Shown here piece after piece: positions 63,450 through 64,000 of a stretch of DNA of 64,000 nucleotides. The notes under the pieces are model-generated. The model saw nothing but the letters and a program-made list of their open reading frames with translations. It did not search any database and had not been told where the DNA came from. This DNA is from a virus (lineage: Duplodnaviria; Caudoviricetes). A program made the position numbers and the translations under genes. Each line of letters opens with the position of its first letter. Position 1 is the stretch's first letter. The stretch is from the IMG/VR virus record IMGVR_UViG_3300009551_000049, positions 1,196 to 65,195 of that record; one strand, 5' to 3'.

Positions 63450-63805
63450 AAACTTTTTATACAGCGAGCAAAGTGAAACACGCGCCATTATGGTTGAGTC
63501 TTCGGAAACACGGCTATACCATCACCGCGACATGGATTGACGAGGCTGGAGAAGGGCAGACGGCAGACTATGCCGAATTGGCAGAGCGATGCCTAAATGA
63601 GATAAAGGCGTCTGACTTCCTCTTACTTTACTGCAAACCGGGTCAACTTTTGAAGGGCGCATTAATTGAGGCGGGGGCGGCACTGGCACTCGACAAAGAA
63701 GTCCGATGCGTGGGAAATTGCCACACAATCAGCCGTGTTTTCAAAAGCCACCCTCTTTGGAAAAGATACCCCAACATCCTTTCAGCTATATCTGATGCAA
63801 AATAA
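63446..63805 (+). CDS. Nucleoside 2-deoxyribosyltransferase-like protein
   Basis: FYTAS, TATWID, CLNEIKASDFLL, GALIEAGAALAL.K.V. Confidence 0.75.
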   Translation: MKTFYTASKVKHAPLWLSLRKHGYTITATWIDEAGEGQTADYAELAERCLNEIKASDFLLLYCKPGQLLKGALIEAGAALALDKEVRCVGNCHTISRVFKSHPLWKRYPNILSAISDAK

Positions 63806-63809
63806 TCAT

Positions 63810-64000
63810 ATGAACACACCAATTGCAGACAAACTTCTTGAAGAATTTAATCCAGAAAACCCAAAGCCGTATTTTCATAAAGCAAGAGAACAGGTGGCTC
63901 TGCTAGAAAACGAGATTGCGTGTCAGATAACCAGCGCCACCTTACGAGATGATGCGTGGTTTACGGCATTGGTCAGAGCATACACCATTGCTTATAAGCA
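63810..64000 (+). CDS. Hypothetical protein, 3'-truncated by the window
   Basis: MNTPIADKLLEEF... is open to the window end. Confidence 0.55.
   Translation, partial: MNTPIADKLLEEFNPENPKPYFHKAREQVALLENEIACQITSATLRDDAWFTALVRAYTIAYK

Noticed and set aside
1-64000. Prophage boundaries, CRISPR array or alternative genetic code
   Set aside because: No integrase, att site, host housekeeping flank or repeat-spacer array was seen, and genes translate intact with all three stops in the standard code.

Overview
The window is a large part of a tailed dsDNA phage genome, probably podovirus-like. No integrase, DNA polymerase, primase or lysis gene was recognised here. The DnaB and SSB sequences suggest a Verrucomicrobiota host (recall-based inference). 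Layout: (1) 1-9362 (+): two giant virion cargo/ejection-type proteins flank a HExxE protein, a PurD-like ATP-grasp enzyme and a small Cys-rich ORF, and a 52-aa basic gene is overprinted on the first giant. (2) 9375-10163 (+): an RNA array in which three canonical tRNAs (Pro-UGG, Gly-UCC, Ile2/Met-CAU) are interspersed with five non-canonical structured elements, three ending in an acceptor stem plus ACCA. (3) 11369-34964 (-): a morphogenesis operon (portal, scaffold, major capsid protein ending in a poly-Thr tail, adaptor and adhesin with DUF5977-like repeats, tail tubular protein) interrupted by a ~9 kb glycosylation cassette. The cassette has five glycosyltransferase-like genes (one ppGalNAc-T-like), an NDP-sugar epimerase and three SAM methyltransferases. 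(4) 35042-53261 (+): intein-containing large terminase, ERF/YqaJ recombination genes, initiator-DnaB-SSB, a HerA-like ATPase, a DNA methyltransferase, a 5'-3' exonuclease, UDG-like and HhH-like glycosylases, and many small genes. (5) 53265-54990 (-): small genes and an HNH gene, then a ~700-bp non-coding region with a G-quadruplex motif and an iteron-like palindrome. (6) 55718-64000 (+): early-type genes including DUF3560 plus an adenine methyltransferase and an NDT-like protein. The best candidates for new biology are the virion O-glycosylation/methylation system with a poly-Thr capsid acceptor, the tRNA-mimic array and the ATP-grasp/HExxE pair in the cargo operon. All assignments come from reading motifs by eye; no database search was run.
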